This document shows positions 9,494-20,897 of a DNA stretch of 64,000 nt, piece after piece; position 1 is the stretch's first letter, and each line of letters opens with the position of its first letter. The stretch is from Microgenomates group bacterium. GTDB taxonomy: Bacteria > Patescibacteriota > Microgenomatia > Daviesbacterales > UBA10151. Position numbers and translations under genes: made by a program. The notes beneath the pieces were generated by a model. That model saw only the letters and a program-made list of their open reading frames with translations, was not told where the DNA came from and searched no databases. The DNA is taken from assembly GCA_041659805.1 (NCBI GenBank), contig JBAZXP010000001.1, positions 448,589-512,588 on the forward strand, written 5' to 3'.

Positions 9494-10950
9494 TTATAAA
9501 AGCCCATTAGAGGGTCGAGTTGACTAGTTGGATCATTACAAACTTTTTTATCAGTGAATTCTTTTATGATCGGCTCTATCACTCCGATTTTTCCGAAAAT
9601 AGGATTAGATTCTTTGGGAGAATAACTCCAGGGGAGCACAATACTATAAACAGGTGCACCTCTTCCTGATTTAATTAGTTGGTAATTTTTCCACCAAAAC
9701 AGATATCTAAAACCTCCATCATTGCCGGGGTCAACAATGAAATTAAGTTGAATGCAGGGGAAATTTTTGGATTTTGCGTCCGAAACTATAAAATCAACCA
9801 CTTGTTTTTTCTCTGCCAGAGCCTCTCTAGGAAAAGGTAGATTTATAAAACTAATTAAATTAAAAATAAAATAACTGAGAATTAATAATTCCGCAATTTT
9901 TATCCTATGAAATTTTTGCCTGATAAAATCTAACAAAAGAGATATGCAGAGAATCGGTATAATAATAAAACTTGCAAAGTAATATTCACTGATTCCCCTT
10001 TTTGAAATTTCCTGACTGACGATTATACTTATAAACCAGAGAAAAATGAGTGTTAGCTGAGGACTGCTTAAAACTTTTTTAAATTTCAAAAATATTAATC
10101 CGGCTATGAGGAGTGGGTAGATCAATGAAGGTTGTAGGGGCCAGGGGGTGACTAGGGACCTTGTCATCATGACTGAAGAAGCATCAATAATTTTCATAAA
10201 TCTGTTTAGTCCTTCTGCTTCTGCTACAGATTTTCCGAAAGATGCAAAAATAGATAATGTTTGTGAAAAATTATGTTTTATTTCAAACGCAAAAAAGGGT
10301 ATTAATAAAGTTACTGCAAGCACAATAGGAAAAATGAAAGACGTTAATCTTGGACGTTTTTTTGTAAATACTAAAGCGATTGGAACAAGTCCTAGTAGAG
10401 GTAAAAGGGCTATATGAATATGCCAGATTAATCCTGTAAGTACCCCCAAAATCCAAAATTTTTTATACTCCCCTCTTTGAATACAAAATATAATATAAAG
10501 AAACCAAACAGACCAGATAGGTACAAACATTGTCGGGACTATCCAGCGGTCGAAAAGTGCAATATTTAATGAAACACTATAAATAAAACTTCCGATAAGT
10601 CCGGTAGTTTTATTGAAAATTTTTGAGAATACATAATAGACACTGAGTATTGTAAGGATTCCGTTAATTGCTGAAAGACCAATTGCTCCGGCAGGATCCA
10701 TATCGAATAATGCAAAAAAGGGAATCAAAATATAATAAAATAAAGGACCGATAAAAACTCCCGGAATACTGGTGACCTGGCCGATTAGCCTGAAATGATG
10801 ATCAATGAGTATGTCTTTTACAATCCATGAATAAAGATCCTCATCATGTGCATATGGAGAAAAATGTTCTAATTGATAGAGTCTAAAGAAAAGTCCTGTA
10901 ATTATAATGATTGCTAAGTAAAAATACGGAGACGCAAGAATTCTTTTCAT
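9490..10950 (-). CDS. Polytopic membrane protein, GT-C-like glycosyltransferase (family B, DxD...GPLFYY)
   Basis: 486 aa with more than 10 TM helices. The first extracytoplasmic loop reads HDEDLYSWIVKDIL...LIGQVTSIPGVFIGPLFYY. It is a paralog of 14195..15718. Confidence 0.5.
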   Translation of the reverse strand: MKRILASPYFYLAIIIITGLFFRLYQLEHFSPYAHDEDLYSWIVKDILIDHHFRLIGQVTSIPGVFIGPLFYYILIPFFALFDMDPAGAIGLSAINGILTILSVYYVFSKIFNKTTGLIGSFIYSVSLNIALFDRWIVPTMFVPIWSVWFLYIIFCIQRGEYKKFWILGVLTGLIWHIHIALLPLLGLVPIALVFTKKRPRLTSFIFPIVLAVTLLIPFFAFEIKHNFSQTLSIFASFGKSVAEAEGLNRFMKIIDASSVMMTRSLVTPWPLQPSLIYPLLIAGLIFLKFKKVLSSPQLTLIFLWFISIIVSQEISKRGISEYYFASFIIIPILCISLLLDFIRQKFHRIKIAELLILSYFIFNLISFINLPFPREALAEKKQVVDFIVSDAKSKNFPCIQLNFIVDPGNDGGFRYLFWWKNYQLIKSGRGAPVYSIVLPWSYSPKESNPIFGKIGVIEPIIKEFTDKKVCNDPTSQLDPLMGFYN

Positions 10951-12680
10951 ATCTTTGTCAGTATAGCTTACAAAAACGCATTAAAAAACTATCATTTTTA
11001 AGTCAATTAAAATATGATAATAGGGTGAAATTTGTTATATTTTCTATATTATTTTTAATTGGTCTTCAATTTTTCCTTATTCAACCTTTTTTTCATTCAG
11101 GTTTTTTCCCTACTCATGATGATATTCAGATAATCAGAATTTTTGAATATTTTCAATCGTTAAAATTCGGGGCTATTCCTCCGCGGTGGTCCAGTGGTTT
11201 GCTTTTTGGTTACGGTTATCCCCTGTTTGTTTTTTATAGTCCGCTCGTTTATTTTTTAGGGTCAATGTTTATTTTTTTAGGTTTTAATTTTTTACTTGCT
11301 ACAAAAATAGTTTTTATTCTTTGTTTTTTTGTCGGTGTTATCGGAGTATTTTTTGTTGTTAGGTTTTTCGTGGGGCCTGTACCTGCTTTAATTTCTTCAA
11401 TAATCTATTCTTTTATTCCTTATAGGGCTGTTGACGTATATGTTAGAGGAGATTTGGCAGAATTTTTTGCCTATTCATTTTTCCCTTGGGTATTACTCAT
11501 AAAAATAAAATTATTAACAAATCCTAAACAAAAACTTTTAGTGCCCTTGCTTGGAATATTTTTAGGTTTACTTATTATATCTCATAATATTTCTGTTTTT
11601 ATTTATGCAATTTTTCTTATTGCATGTGATGGTTTTTATATTTTGAATACTGAAAAAAAGATTAGACGGTTGTTAATTACAAATCTTTTTGTCAGTACGA
11701 TTTTAGGAATATTAATATCCTGTTTTTATTGGTTGCCGTTAATTTTCGAATCCCGTTTTGTACAACTCGATAAGGTTATTGCAGATCCGTATAATCAATA
11801 TTTCCTTACTTTAAATCAAATATGGGACTCACCTTGGGGATACGGAGGATTTTTACAACAAAATCCGATGTCTTTGCAATTGGGTAAGGTGATTATAATA
11901 ATTTCATTTTTAGCTTTCATTTTAAATATTTTTGTAAAAACCGCTTTTAGAAAAACCGTTCATTTTTTTAGTGCGGTATATATTGTTAGTACATTGCTTG
12001 AAACTAAAATAACTCAATTTTTTTGGGAAATCGTTACACCACTTCACTATCTGCAATTTCCCTGGAGACTGCATATTCTTAATACAATTTGTGGAATTAT
12101 TTTAATTGGATTCTTTGTTTTTTTCTTGCAACATTTAAAAATTTATCAAAGTAAAATCGGTAAGCTGGCATTTTTAGGAATAATGTTATTTATGATAGGG
12201 ATGTCAGTTAAAGAAAGTTATTCTTTTTTTAGCGCCAAATCCTTTACAGAAGCAAAACCGGCAGCAGCCACTACAACAGGGGAAGAATATTTACCTAAAT
12301 GGGTTAAACAATTACCGAATAATTATCCGGCTGATAAAGCAGAGTTCTTGAAAGGAAATGGCAAAATAGAAAATATTGAATGGGGATACTCCCAAAAAAG
12401 TATTACTGTTGTTTCTCAACAGGAAACCAAAATTCAAATTGCACATATTTATTATCCAGGATGGATTGCTTATATTAACAATAAAAAATCGGATATAAGC
12501 TATGATAATAAATTTGGCCAGATGGAAATTAATGTACCAAAAGGAACTAATAATATTGTTTTTAAATTCGAAAGAACTTGGTGGAGGTGGCTTGCGGATA
12601 TTGTATCTGTAATAGGACTTCTTACTGTGGTCTATTTAATTTATATTAACTATCGGAAAAAAGTAGAGTTAAGTAAATAA
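10911..12680 (+). CDS. YfhO-like polytopic membrane protein (GT-C-like); true start probably downstream (GTG near 11025)
   Basis: Conserved N-terminal loop HDDIQIIRIFE, mid-region YRAVDVYVRGDLAEF and QFPWRLH, and a C-terminal extracytoplasmic YYPGWIAYINN motif. It is paralogous to 46975, 48639 and 50299. The listed start is TTG and overlaps the divergent gene. Confidence 0.55.
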   Translation: MLSKNTETQEFFSYLCQYSLQKRIKKLSFLSQLKYDNRVKFVIFSILFLIGLQFFLIQPFFHSGFFPTHDDIQIIRIFEYFQSLKFGAIPPRWSSGLLFGYGYPLFVFYSPLVYFLGSMFIFLGFNFLLATKIVFILCFFVGVIGVFFVVRFFVGPVPALISSIIYSFIPYRAVDVYVRGDLAEFFAYSFFPWVLLIKIKLLTNPKQKLLVPLLGIFLGLLIISHNISVFIYAIFLIACDGFYILNTEKKIRRLLITNLFVSTILGILISCFYWLPLIFESRFVQLDKVIADPYNQYFLTLNQIWDSPWGYGGFLQQNPMSLQLGKVIIIISFLAFILNIFVKTAFRKTVHFFSAVYIVSTLLETKITQFFWEIVTPLHYLQFPWRLHILNTICGIILIGFFVFFLQHLKIYQSKIGKLAFLGIMLFMIGMSVKESYSFFSAKSFTEAKPAAATTTGEEYLPKWVKQLPNNYPADKAEFLKGNGKIENIEWGYSQKSITVVSQQETKIQIAHIYYPGWIAYINNKKSDISYDNKFGQMEINVPKGTNNIVFKFERTWWRWLADIVSVIGLLTVVYLIYINYRKKVELSK

Positions 12681-14194
12681 GGGTTTGCAGGAATTTTAAT
12701 TTCCTCATCTGTTAACCGGTATTTTTGAATATCTATAACATCAATTGTTTTTATTGATTCAGGTTCTTTATTGATTTTTATATGAGTGACTTTCCAGCCA
12801 TTGCTATCTGTATTAAACAAACCTGAATTTACATCAACAAAAACTAGAAAGGTTAGTCTTTGTTTAGTAAAAGGATAGGCTGTAACATGTCTGTATTCTC
12901 TTTGAACAAATGATAAGGCATACCATTGGTTATAAACCCAAAGATAAGGAGTATATATGTAGTAACCAAAATCCTGATCTGCTTCTTTATAAACAGATTC
13001 CGCGACATATTTATTAAAAGCCCAACTGTTTACGCTCCGTTTTGTAACATCTAAATTAAAATTTTTGATATAACCAGCAGCAATAAAATAATTCCAAGCT
13101 AACAACAAAACAAAGATTAAGAAAAATATTTTTTTAGGAAGATAATTATAAAAAGCTGTATATAAAATTATAATGACTGGTAGAAACGGCCAGTAATATG
13201 TAGTCCAGGAAATGTTAAAAAGTAAAAACATTGCCCAGAAACCAAAGTAAAAATATAAAAATAATAAATATATTTTTTTGAGATTACCCTTAACTACTTT
13301 AAAGGTTAGCAAAACAAATAATAGGAAAGTAACACAGGAAAGCAATCTGCTGTCTTGGGTGAATGCAAAAAAGGTATCTGTTGTAAGGGAAAAAATCTTT
13401 TCATATAAAAACAGCGAAAAATTTGTAGTTACTTTTGGATGTTGGGAGGTAATAAAAGTTATTACAGATTTTGTTTGTAAGAATTCATGTTTTAGTTCAA
13501 AGATTATGTAGGTGGATAGCGGAATAGGAATTATCGGGAGAATGAGTAAATGTTTTAGGAGTTTTTTTGAGAAAAGAAAATATATTAGAAATAAGGTAGT
13601 CATAATTAAAACCGGAATTCCAAAGGCCATTTGAAATTGAATTATGCAACCGAGAATAAGAATCGAAATTAATAGATGCAAAGCTTTTTTGGTTTCGAGG
13701 TATTTTATAAAAAAATAAAAAAATACCGGTGATAAGACGACTGCACCATAAGGGTTATAAAATTGTTTTAAGCCGATTGTCGGGTTAATGATTGAGTTGG
13801 CAGAGTAAAGAAGTGTTGCCAGAAGTGCGATGGTTGAATTGAATAATTTTTTGGTAACAAACCAAAAAATGAGTAATGTGATAATTGATAAACCCCACCA
13901 AAACCAGCCCATTAAAACAGGATCTCCCTGGGTTATAAAAAATGCGGGTAGATTAATATAGTACCAAAGCGGGCCATGGAAGAGCCCGCCCACAATACCG
14001 GAATGAGGGCCGATTAAAGTCAGTTTTCCGGTATCAATAATTTCTTTTAAAACAAGAAAATCTCTGGCAATATCTACGTCATAATGAATGTCACCGTTGA
14101 TCAACCACCATGTGCTTAAAAATACATTTATTACAATGAGAGTAATTACAAAGGCTTCCCATCTTTTTAATTTTCGGATCATTATTTTAGTCAT
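12650..14194 (-). CDS. Polytopic membrane protein, GT-C-like (family C, D..RD...LIGP...GPLWYY)
   Basis: 514 aa and multi-TM. The N-terminal loop reads DVDIARDFLVLKEIIDTGKLTLIGPHSGIVGGLFHGPLWYY. It is a paralog of 40316 and 41824. Confidence 0.5.
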   Translation of the reverse strand: MTKIMIRKLKRWEAFVITLIVINVFLSTWWLINGDIHYDVDIARDFLVLKEIIDTGKLTLIGPHSGIVGGLFHGPLWYYINLPAFFITQGDPVLMGWFWWGLSIITLLIFWFVTKKLFNSTIALLATLLYSANSIINPTIGLKQFYNPYGAVVLSPVFFYFFIKYLETKKALHLLISILILGCIIQFQMAFGIPVLIMTTLFLIYFLFSKKLLKHLLILPIIPIPLSTYIIFELKHEFLQTKSVITFITSQHPKVTTNFSLFLYEKIFSLTTDTFFAFTQDSRLLSCVTFLLFVLLTFKVVKGNLKKIYLLFLYFYFGFWAMFLLFNISWTTYYWPFLPVIIILYTAFYNYLPKKIFFLIFVLLLAWNYFIAAGYIKNFNLDVTKRSVNSWAFNKYVAESVYKEADQDFGYYIYTPYLWVYNQWYALSFVQREYRHVTAYPFTKQRLTFLVFVDVNSGLFNTDSNGWKVTHIKINKEPESIKTIDVIDIQKYRLTDEEIKIPANPYLLNSTFFR

Positions 14195-15718
14195 TTAATT
14201 ATTGAATCCCCAAAGTTGTAATAGTTGTCGGTCAGGTTCTGAGCAAATTTTTGAATCAACCTTTTTTATAGTCGGTAGTATTACTCCGATGTCACCGAAT
14301 CTTACATTAACTTCATTCCCTGAAATAGTCCAGGGGTTTACTATACTGTAAACAGGTATGTCGGCAGAGGCCTTGATGACATTTAATTTATAATACCAAA
14401 ATAAATAGCGGAAACCACTGACTACATTTTCCTTCGGTTCGATATGATTAATTCCGACACAAGGGTAACTGTTTTTTACATAATCATCCCTGATATATTC
14501 AATTGATTTTACTTTAGATGAAAATCCACTAAATCCTTCGGGTTTATTAAAAATCCATATTAAGACTGAAGCTGCATAAATAAATAACAGAATGGTAATT
14601 AGAGGAAATTTTTTTAAAAAGTTATTTAAGTGGTTTAGGAATAATGATAGTATTAAAAATAATATTATTAGAAGGTTGTTGAAATAATATTCTGAAACCG
14701 CCTTTTTAGAAATTAGCTGAGCAAGAAATACTGTAAGGTACCAAAAAAATAATATTAATAATTGTTTAGTAGTTAGAATCCCCTTTTTCCCTAAATAGAT
14801 AGCGATGGAGAGAAGTGTAAATGCTAATAAGGTAACAAATGACAGACTGAATCCTGAAACTTCTCCACCAAAAGTAAGTATGGCGATAAAAGATTTTGTG
14901 CTGGAATCAAAAACTTTGATAACACGATTTATTCCTGTATAACTATCTGCGTTTGTTTGCATTGAGGCAAACAAACTTCTGGTTTGCAAAAATTCATGTT
15001 TTATTTCAAAGATAAAAAAGGGACTAACTAGCACGATTAATATTATTGAAGAAATTAGAAGTGTTTTTAAATTAATTTGATCCTTAATATTTTTTTTCTC
15101 TGATAAGAAAAAAGCAATCGGTAATAAAATAAGTAGCGGAAGTAGGGCGATATGAATATGCCAAATTAGACCTATTAACACGCTTAAAGGAATTAGAATT
15201 TTATAATTTCCTTTCAGAACAGAAAAAAGAACATATAAAAACCAAACAGACCACAAAACTGTCGGTTGAGTTGGCACAACCCAGCGGTCTAAAAATACTG
15301 CGCCAGGGGAAGCTGCATATATGAAAGCCCCGATGAGTCCTGTGTTTTTATTGAAGAATTCTTTGAAGATCCAATAAATGCTGATTATAGTGAACAATCC
15401 CAAAACAGTAGTTACTGCAGCTCCGCTTAAAGGATGCATATTAAAGATACCGAAACTGATTGCAGTCAGGTAATAAAAAAGCGGGCCTATAAACAGACCT
15501 AATATGCTTGTTTCCTGACCGATTAAACGTAGATGATGATCTACAATTATATTTTTTGCTATCCAGGCAGAAAGATCCTGATCATGACCAAAGGAATAAA
15601 AGATTTCTAATTTAAATGTTCTTAAAAAGAGGCCTAAAAGTAAAATTAATAAAAGAATTATAAAAGTATTATGTTTTTTGAAAAAATGATTCATCCTTAA
15701 CTTAGTCCTTTCTTTCAA
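14195..15718 (-). CDS. Polytopic membrane protein, GT-C-like (family B)
   Basis: 507 aa, multi-TM and about 45% identical to 9490..10950 by eye. It shares HDQDLSAWIAKNII...LIGQETSILGLFIGPLFYY and a conserved C-terminal GFRYLFW...PVYSIV block. Confidence 0.5.
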   Translation of the reverse strand: MKERTKLRMNHFFKKHNTFIILLLILLLGLFLRTFKLEIFYSFGHDQDLSAWIAKNIIVDHHLRLIGQETSILGLFIGPLFYYLTAISFGIFNMHPLSGAAVTTVLGLFTIISIYWIFKEFFNKNTGLIGAFIYAASPGAVFLDRWVVPTQPTVLWSVWFLYVLFSVLKGNYKILIPLSVLIGLIWHIHIALLPLLILLPIAFFLSEKKNIKDQINLKTLLISSIILIVLVSPFFIFEIKHEFLQTRSLFASMQTNADSYTGINRVIKVFDSSTKSFIAILTFGGEVSGFSLSFVTLLAFTLLSIAIYLGKKGILTTKQLLILFFWYLTVFLAQLISKKAVSEYYFNNLLIILFLILSLFLNHLNNFLKKFPLITILLFIYAASVLIWIFNKPEGFSGFSSKVKSIEYIRDDYVKNSYPCVGINHIEPKENVVSGFRYLFWYYKLNVIKASADIPVYSIVNPWTISGNEVNVRFGDIGVILPTIKKVDSKICSEPDRQLLQLWGFNN

Positions 15719-15731
15719 GTATACTCATAGC

Positions 15732-18068
15732 ATGCGCCCAAAGGAAGTCATTATAGTGCTCTTTTTCTTTATATTTATTACCTTAGCTTTTTTTTATCAA
15801 ATTTTCTTAGGATTAATTCCTTTACCTACAGACTTGATTGTTGGAGTGTATCACCCCTGGATTAATTATCAATGGGGTTACAACACACTGGTTCCTATTC
15901 ACAACTCTTTGCTTTCAGATGCCGTCTCAATAATTTATCCTTTGAAAGTAGCTGCTGTTGATATGCTCAAAAGAGGAGAGCTTCCCCTTTGGAATCCGTA
16001 CATGCTTGGTGGGTATCCTTTATATGCCAGCACAATATTAGGTTTGATTTTCCCGACAATGATTTTTTATTTATTTTTTTCAGCACCTGTTGCCTGGACT
16101 TTACAGATGATGTTTCAACCTCTTTTAGCCTCATTTTTTATGTATCTTTTATTAAGACATCTAAATTTGAATAAACTGGCCAGTGTTTTTGGCGGTATTG
16201 CTTATGGTTTCGGAGGATTTCTGACTATTTGGATGCAGTGGAATACTCAGCCTTCAACGGCTCTTTTTTTACCGATACTAATTTTGCTGGAAGATAAATA
16301 TTTAATTTCAAAACAGCTTAAGTGGGGAGTTTTATTTAGTATTTTTATAGCTTTGCAAATAACAGCCGGCTATTTACCTATTATTCAATTTACCTTTATT
16401 GGATTGGGGATTTGGTTTTTATTTAGATCTAATAGTTTTATATCTGATTTAAAAATTTCCTTTTTTGTTATTTTGGGGATACTTTTGAGTGCAATATATT
16501 TATTGCCGGTTTTAGAACTTCTTCAACTCTCACAAAGAAAGATAGAAACTTTGGGTGCATTCGACTCACCTTTTATTTATTCTGAAAATTTAATTGCACT
16601 TATTGCGCCTGATTTTTTTGGCAATACCGCTACCAGAAATTTTTGGGGGAGGGGAGAGTATTTAGATTCTACTATATATACAGGTGTAGTGACTTTAATA
16701 TTTTCAATCTTTGGTTTAAAGAATTTTTTTAATAAATCTGCTGTCAGATTTGCAGCTTGTCTTTTTATTGTTGCAATTATTTTAGCTGTCCCTAATCCTT
16801 TTAGTGAATTTTTATATAAATTAGGTATTTGGGGAGGCTCTTCTTTGAGTTTAAACAGAATAATTTTTTTGATAAATTTTTCTCTGGCAATTTTAGGAGC
16901 ATATGGTTTATCTACATTTAGTATTAGTAATTTTAAATTAAGTATTAAACCTGGTGTTTGGGTTTTATCAGCAATTTTTGGGCTTGTTGCAGGATTATTT
17001 ATCAGCAGGTGGTTGTTGATAAATTATTTTGTTACCGCTGAAACAGAGAAATGGCTATCTTATATAAGTATTAGTTTAAGGAATTTAATTCTTCCCGCTC
17101 TAATTATTTTAGTTGTAATTATATTAATTTTATTAATAAAGAAGTTTGTTATTTTAAAGCCTTATGCAGAAATCGGTTTTATTTTGATTTTAATTTTTGA
17201 ATTATTCCGTTTCGGTTTGAAATTTAATACATTTTCAAAGATTGATTATCTTTATCCTAAAACTCCTGTTTCTAATTTTTTAGAAAAATATCCTAATGAC
17301 AGAATATTGGCTGAAAAAGATATCTTCCCTGCCAATATGTGGGTTCCTTATAAACTTTCCTCTATCTCAGGTTATGACGGAATATATCCTTTAAATATTG
17401 CCCAACTTATTGCTTCTGCAAATTCTGATAAAGTTGATGTCCCACCTCAAACCAGATGGGGTTTGCTCACAAATTTTGATTCAAAAATAATGGATACCAC
17501 AAATACCCGTTTTCTGGTTACTGTTAAAAGAGACAAGCAAGTTGATAGTCAGTTTATAAAATCAAAGTATAAACAGGTTTTTTCTGACAAGGGGATAGTG
17601 GTATTGGAAAATACTCAAAGTTTACCGAGAGCATATTTAACAAAACATGTTGTTAAATCATCAGATAAAGATACTCTTAAATTAATGTTAGATAAAAGTT
17701 TCCCTACACAGGATATTTCTTTGTCTGATTTTGAATGGAATAATCTTTCAGAAGAGGTTTTGGATCAAAAATTAACTTATAAATCTATAACTAACTCACA
17801 TGTACAAATAAAAAGCGCTACTAATATTGATGCTTATCTAGTAGTGCTTGATTCTTTTTATCCAGGATGGAAAGCTTTGATTGACGGAGAAGAAACACAA
17901 ATTCATAGAACCAATTATAATTTCAGAGGAATTTTACTGCCAAAAGGTGCGCATACTGTTGATTTTATTTATGTTCCAAAATCGCTAGAATATGGAGCAA
18001 TCATCAGCGGCTTTTCTTTATTAGTAATTACTATTTTATTAGTAGTACCTAAAATTAAAAGGAATTAG
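15732..18068 (+). CDS. YfhO-family membrane protein (GT-C-like glycosyltransferase)
   Basis: 778 aa and multi-TM. The C-terminal extracytoplasmic segment YPGWKALIDGEETQIHRTNYNFRGILLPKGAHTVDFIYVP matches the YfhO C-terminal signature. Confidence 0.6.
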   Translation: MRPKEVIIVLFFFIFITLAFFYQIFLGLIPLPTDLIVGVYHPWINYQWGYNTLVPIHNSLLSDAVSIIYPLKVAAVDMLKRGELPLWNPYMLGGYPLYASTILGLIFPTMIFYLFFSAPVAWTLQMMFQPLLASFFMYLLLRHLNLNKLASVFGGIAYGFGGFLTIWMQWNTQPSTALFLPILILLEDKYLISKQLKWGVLFSIFIALQITAGYLPIIQFTFIGLGIWFLFRSNSFISDLKISFFVILGILLSAIYLLPVLELLQLSQRKIETLGAFDSPFIYSENLIALIAPDFFGNTATRNFWGRGEYLDSTIYTGVVTLIFSIFGLKNFFNKSAVRFAACLFIVAIILAVPNPFSEFLYKLGIWGGSSLSLNRIIFLINFSLAILGAYGLSTFSISNFKLSIKPGVWVLSAIFGLVAGLFISRWLLINYFVTAETEKWLSYISISLRNLILPALIILVVIILILLIKKFVILKPYAEIGFILILIFELFRFGLKFNTFSKIDYLYPKTPVSNFLEKYPNDRILAEKDIFPANMWVPYKLSSISGYDGIYPLNIAQLIASANSDKVDVPPQTRWGLLTNFDSKIMDTTNTRFLVTVKRDKQVDSQFIKSKYKQVFSDKGIVVLENTQSLPRAYLTKHVVKSSDKDTLKLMLDKSFPTQDISLSDFEWNNLSEEVLDQKLTYKSITNSHVQIKSATNIDAYLVVLDSFYPGWKALIDGEETQIHRTNYNFRGILLPKGAHTVDFIYVPKSLEYGAIISGFSLLVITILLVVPKIKRN

Positions 18069-20794
18069 TTAGGAAAATGACACTTTTTGTACTTTTTGCC
18101 ACTTCCACAATGACATGGATCATTTCTGCCTACTTTATGACGAGAGACTTGCTGCCCATCAGATCCTAAAGTTTGTTCAGAAACAATTTGGCCACCGCGT
18201 TCTATGGTAACCTTTGTTTCCCCACCTTCTGTTTCCAAAATCTCAGAGATTGGCTCTCCTTTTTTAACTTCTTTCTCTTCTTTTTCTTCTGTTTCAACAC
18301 CAATTTCTATTTCGGGATGTCTTTCTGTAACCTGAATTTGTGAAGGAGGTTCATTGCCCTGTACTGCAATTTTGTAGATCCTATGAACTATTTCATAATC
18401 AATATTTTTCATCATTTTTTCAAACAAATCAAAACCTTCTTTTTTATATTCAATCAAAGGATCGCGTTGCGCATAACCGCGTAATCCTATACCGGCTCTT
18501 AAATCATCCATTGTGTCTAAATGTTCTACCCAAAGGGTATCTATAGTATTTAAATAAACAAAAGTTTCCATTTGTCTAGTTGTTTCATATCCTGTTTGTT
18601 TTTCCTTTTCTTCATACAAATCACGGGCAAGTTTTGTTAAAAGAGCAGTGATATCTTCCACGGAATTAATTGAGGAGATTTGATTTTCCAGCGCTTTTTG
18701 AGAATTAGGATCAAAATTAATAATAGAAGAGTATTCTTCAACAATTTTTTTAGTGTCCAGCCCCTCGACTGTATTAATAGTAATAATATCTGAGACTGCC
18801 TGATCGATTTTTGATAAAAGATCAATTTTTAATTCATTACTGGCGTCACCTTTTAAATTAGCAGATGCTTCTAAAACTTTTTTCCTGACACCGTAAACGA
18901 TTTGGCGTTGTTGGTTCATGACATCATCGTATTCAACAGTGGTTTTCCTGATATCAAAATTATGTCCTTCAACTTTTTTCTGGGCTGATTCTATGGCTTT
19001 GGAAACCATGGCGTTTTCAATCGGCATATCTTCTGCCATTTTCAGAAAATCCATTACTTTGGAAACCTGTTCTCCGCCGAAAATCCTCATTAAATCATCT
19101 TCGAGTGACACATAAAAACGGGAAGCCCCCGGATCACCCTGACGCCCGGCTCTTCCCCTCAACTGATTATCAATCCGTCTTGATTCATGCCTTTCAGTTC
19201 CTATAACCATAAGTCCACCAGCTTTATTCGCATTAGCATCCAATTGAATATCAACACCTCTTCCTGCCATATTGGTAGCAACTGTCACTGCTCCTTTTTG
19301 TCCGGCTTTGGCGATAATTTCTGCTTCTTTTTCGTGATTTTTGGCGTTAAGTAAAGCATGTGAGATTCCTTTACGCTTTAAAAGTTCTGATAAAAATTCA
19401 TTTTTCTCAATGGAAGTTGTACCGATCAAAACAGGTTGACCAGATTTGTGTAGCTCTTCGACCTGGTTGGCAACAGCTGTATATTTGGCTGTGACTGTTT
19501 TATAAATAAAATCAGCTTCATCTTTTCTAACCAAAGGATTATTGGTAGGAATTACTACCACATCGAGTTTATAAATTTTATGGAATTCTTCTGCTTCTGT
19601 TTCTGCAGTTCCTGTCATACCGGCTAATTTTTCATACATCCTAAAATAATTTTGGAAAGAGATGGTGGCCATGGTTTGGGATTCCTGTTGAATTGTTACA
19701 TTTTCTTTGGCTTCAATTGCCTGATGTAATCCTTCTGAATATCTTCTGCCCGGCATCAGCCTTCCGGTAAATTCATCAACAATAATTACCTCGTCATTTT
19801 TAACGACATAATCACGGTCTTTTTGAAATAAGGCTCTCGCTTTTAAAGCTTCTTCGACATGATGCAGGGTAGAGAAGTCTTTTTCATATAAATTTTCAAC
19901 TCCCAGCATTTTTTCAATTTTTATTACACCATGATCAGTCAAGTTGGCAGTTTTTTGTTTTTCATCAATAATGTAATCTGTTTCAGCAGATAATTTATCG
20001 ATTATCTTGGCAAATTCATAATATTTTTTGGTTGGTTCTTGTGCAGGTCTTGAAATAATAAGAGGAGTTCTGGCTTCATCAATTAGAATAGAATCAACCT
20101 CATCAACCACAGCAAAGTAGTGACCTCTTTGCACCTGATCATTTAGAGAAAAAACCATATTATCCCGGAGATAATCGAATCCGAATTCATTATTGGTTCC
20201 ATAGGTGATATCAGCGGCATAAGCTTCTTTGCGTGTTATGGTGCGGAGATGCTTTAATCTCGGATCAGTGTGGTCTTGGTTAATGTACTTTTTATCAAAA
20301 ATAAAAGCTTGCTCGTGAATAATAACTGCAACGCTTGCTCCAAGTGTTGAGAAAACCGGTCCCATCCAGCCGCAGTCTCTTTGAGAAAGATAATCATTGA
20401 CTGTAACCAAATGGACTCCTTTTCCGGCTAAGGAGTTTAAGAATAGTGCAGGCACAGCAGATAAAGTTTTTCCTTCTCCTGTTTTTTGTTCTGCAATTTT
20501 TCCTTCATGTAAAGCGATTGCGGCAATCAGCTGCACATCAAAAAGTCTCATTTTTAAGGTTCTGAAACCGGCTTCTCTTACGGCTGCATAGACGTCTGGA
20601 AGCATTTCATGTAATTTTTCAGGAGACGGATTCTTTTGATAGATTTTTTTGAATTCTTCTGATTTTTGAGCAAGTTGTTTATCAGTTAATTTTTTGTATT
20701 TTTTTTCAAGTTGATTGATTGAATCAACTATTTTTTCATACCTCGATATTTCTTTTTGGTTAGAGTCTAAAAACTTTCCTAAAAAATTCAACAT
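18065..20794 (-). CDS. secA: Preprotein translocase ATPase SecA
   Basis: 909 aa with DEAD-like motor motifs and preprotein cross-linking and helical scaffold domains. The C-terminal zinc finger [13 protein letters not shown] is present. Confidence 0.95.
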   Translation of the reverse strand: MLNFLGKFLDSNQKEISRYEKIVDSINQLEKKYKKLTDKQLAQKSEEFKKIYQKNPSPEKLHEMLPDVYAAVREAGFRTLKMRLFDVQLIAAIALHEGKIAEQKTGEGKTLSAVPALFLNSLAGKGVHLVTVNDYLSQRDCGWMGPVFSTLGASVAVIIHEQAFIFDKKYINQDHTDPRLKHLRTITRKEAYAADITYGTNNEFGFDYLRDNMVFSLNDQVQRGHYFAVVDEVDSILIDEARTPLIISRPAQEPTKKYYEFAKIIDKLSAETDYIIDEKQKTANLTDHGVIKIEKMLGVENLYEKDFSTLHHVEEALKARALFQKDRDYVVKNDEVIIVDEFTGRLMPGRRYSEGLHQAIEAKENVTIQQESQTMATISFQNYFRMYEKLAGMTGTAETEAEEFHKIYKLDVVVIPTNNPLVRKDEADFIYKTVTAKYTAVANQVEELHKSGQPVLIGTTSIEKNEFLSELLKRKGISHALLNAKNHEKEAEIIAKAGQKGAVTVATNMAGRGVDIQLDANANKAGGLMVIGTERHESRRIDNQLRGRAGRQGDPGASRFYVSLEDDLMRIFGGEQVSKVMDFLKMAEDMPIENAMVSKAIESAQKKVEGHNFDIRKTTVEYDDVMNQQRQIVYGVRKKVLEASANLKGDASNELKIDLLSKIDQAVSDIITINTVEGLDTKKIVEEYSSIINFDPNSQKALENQISSINSVEDITALLTKLARDLYEEKEKQTGYETTRQMETFVYLNTIDTLWVEHLDTMDDLRAGIGLRGYAQRDPLIEYKKEGFDLFEKMMKNIDYEIVHRIYKIAVQGNEPPSQIQVTERHPEIEIGVETEEKEEKEVKKGEPISEILETEGGETKVTIERGGQIVSEQTLGSDGQQVSRHKVGRNDPCHCGSGKKYKKCHFPN

Positions 20795-20897
20795 AGGTTG
20801 TATTAACTTGGTTATTATAAGGAAAACAGGCTAAAATATCTATAGACTTGACTTTAAGTGTGGGTTTTTCTACACTAAGATAAGTTAAAAACTGCCC

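Noticed and set aside
10911-11025. An N-terminal extension of the YfhO-like gene (TTG start) overlapping the divergent gene
   Set aside because: The paralogs begin near the first TM helix. An in-frame GTG at about 11025 gives a start consistent with the paralogs, so the upstream 38 codons are probably not translated. The gene is kept with the track coordinates but flagged.
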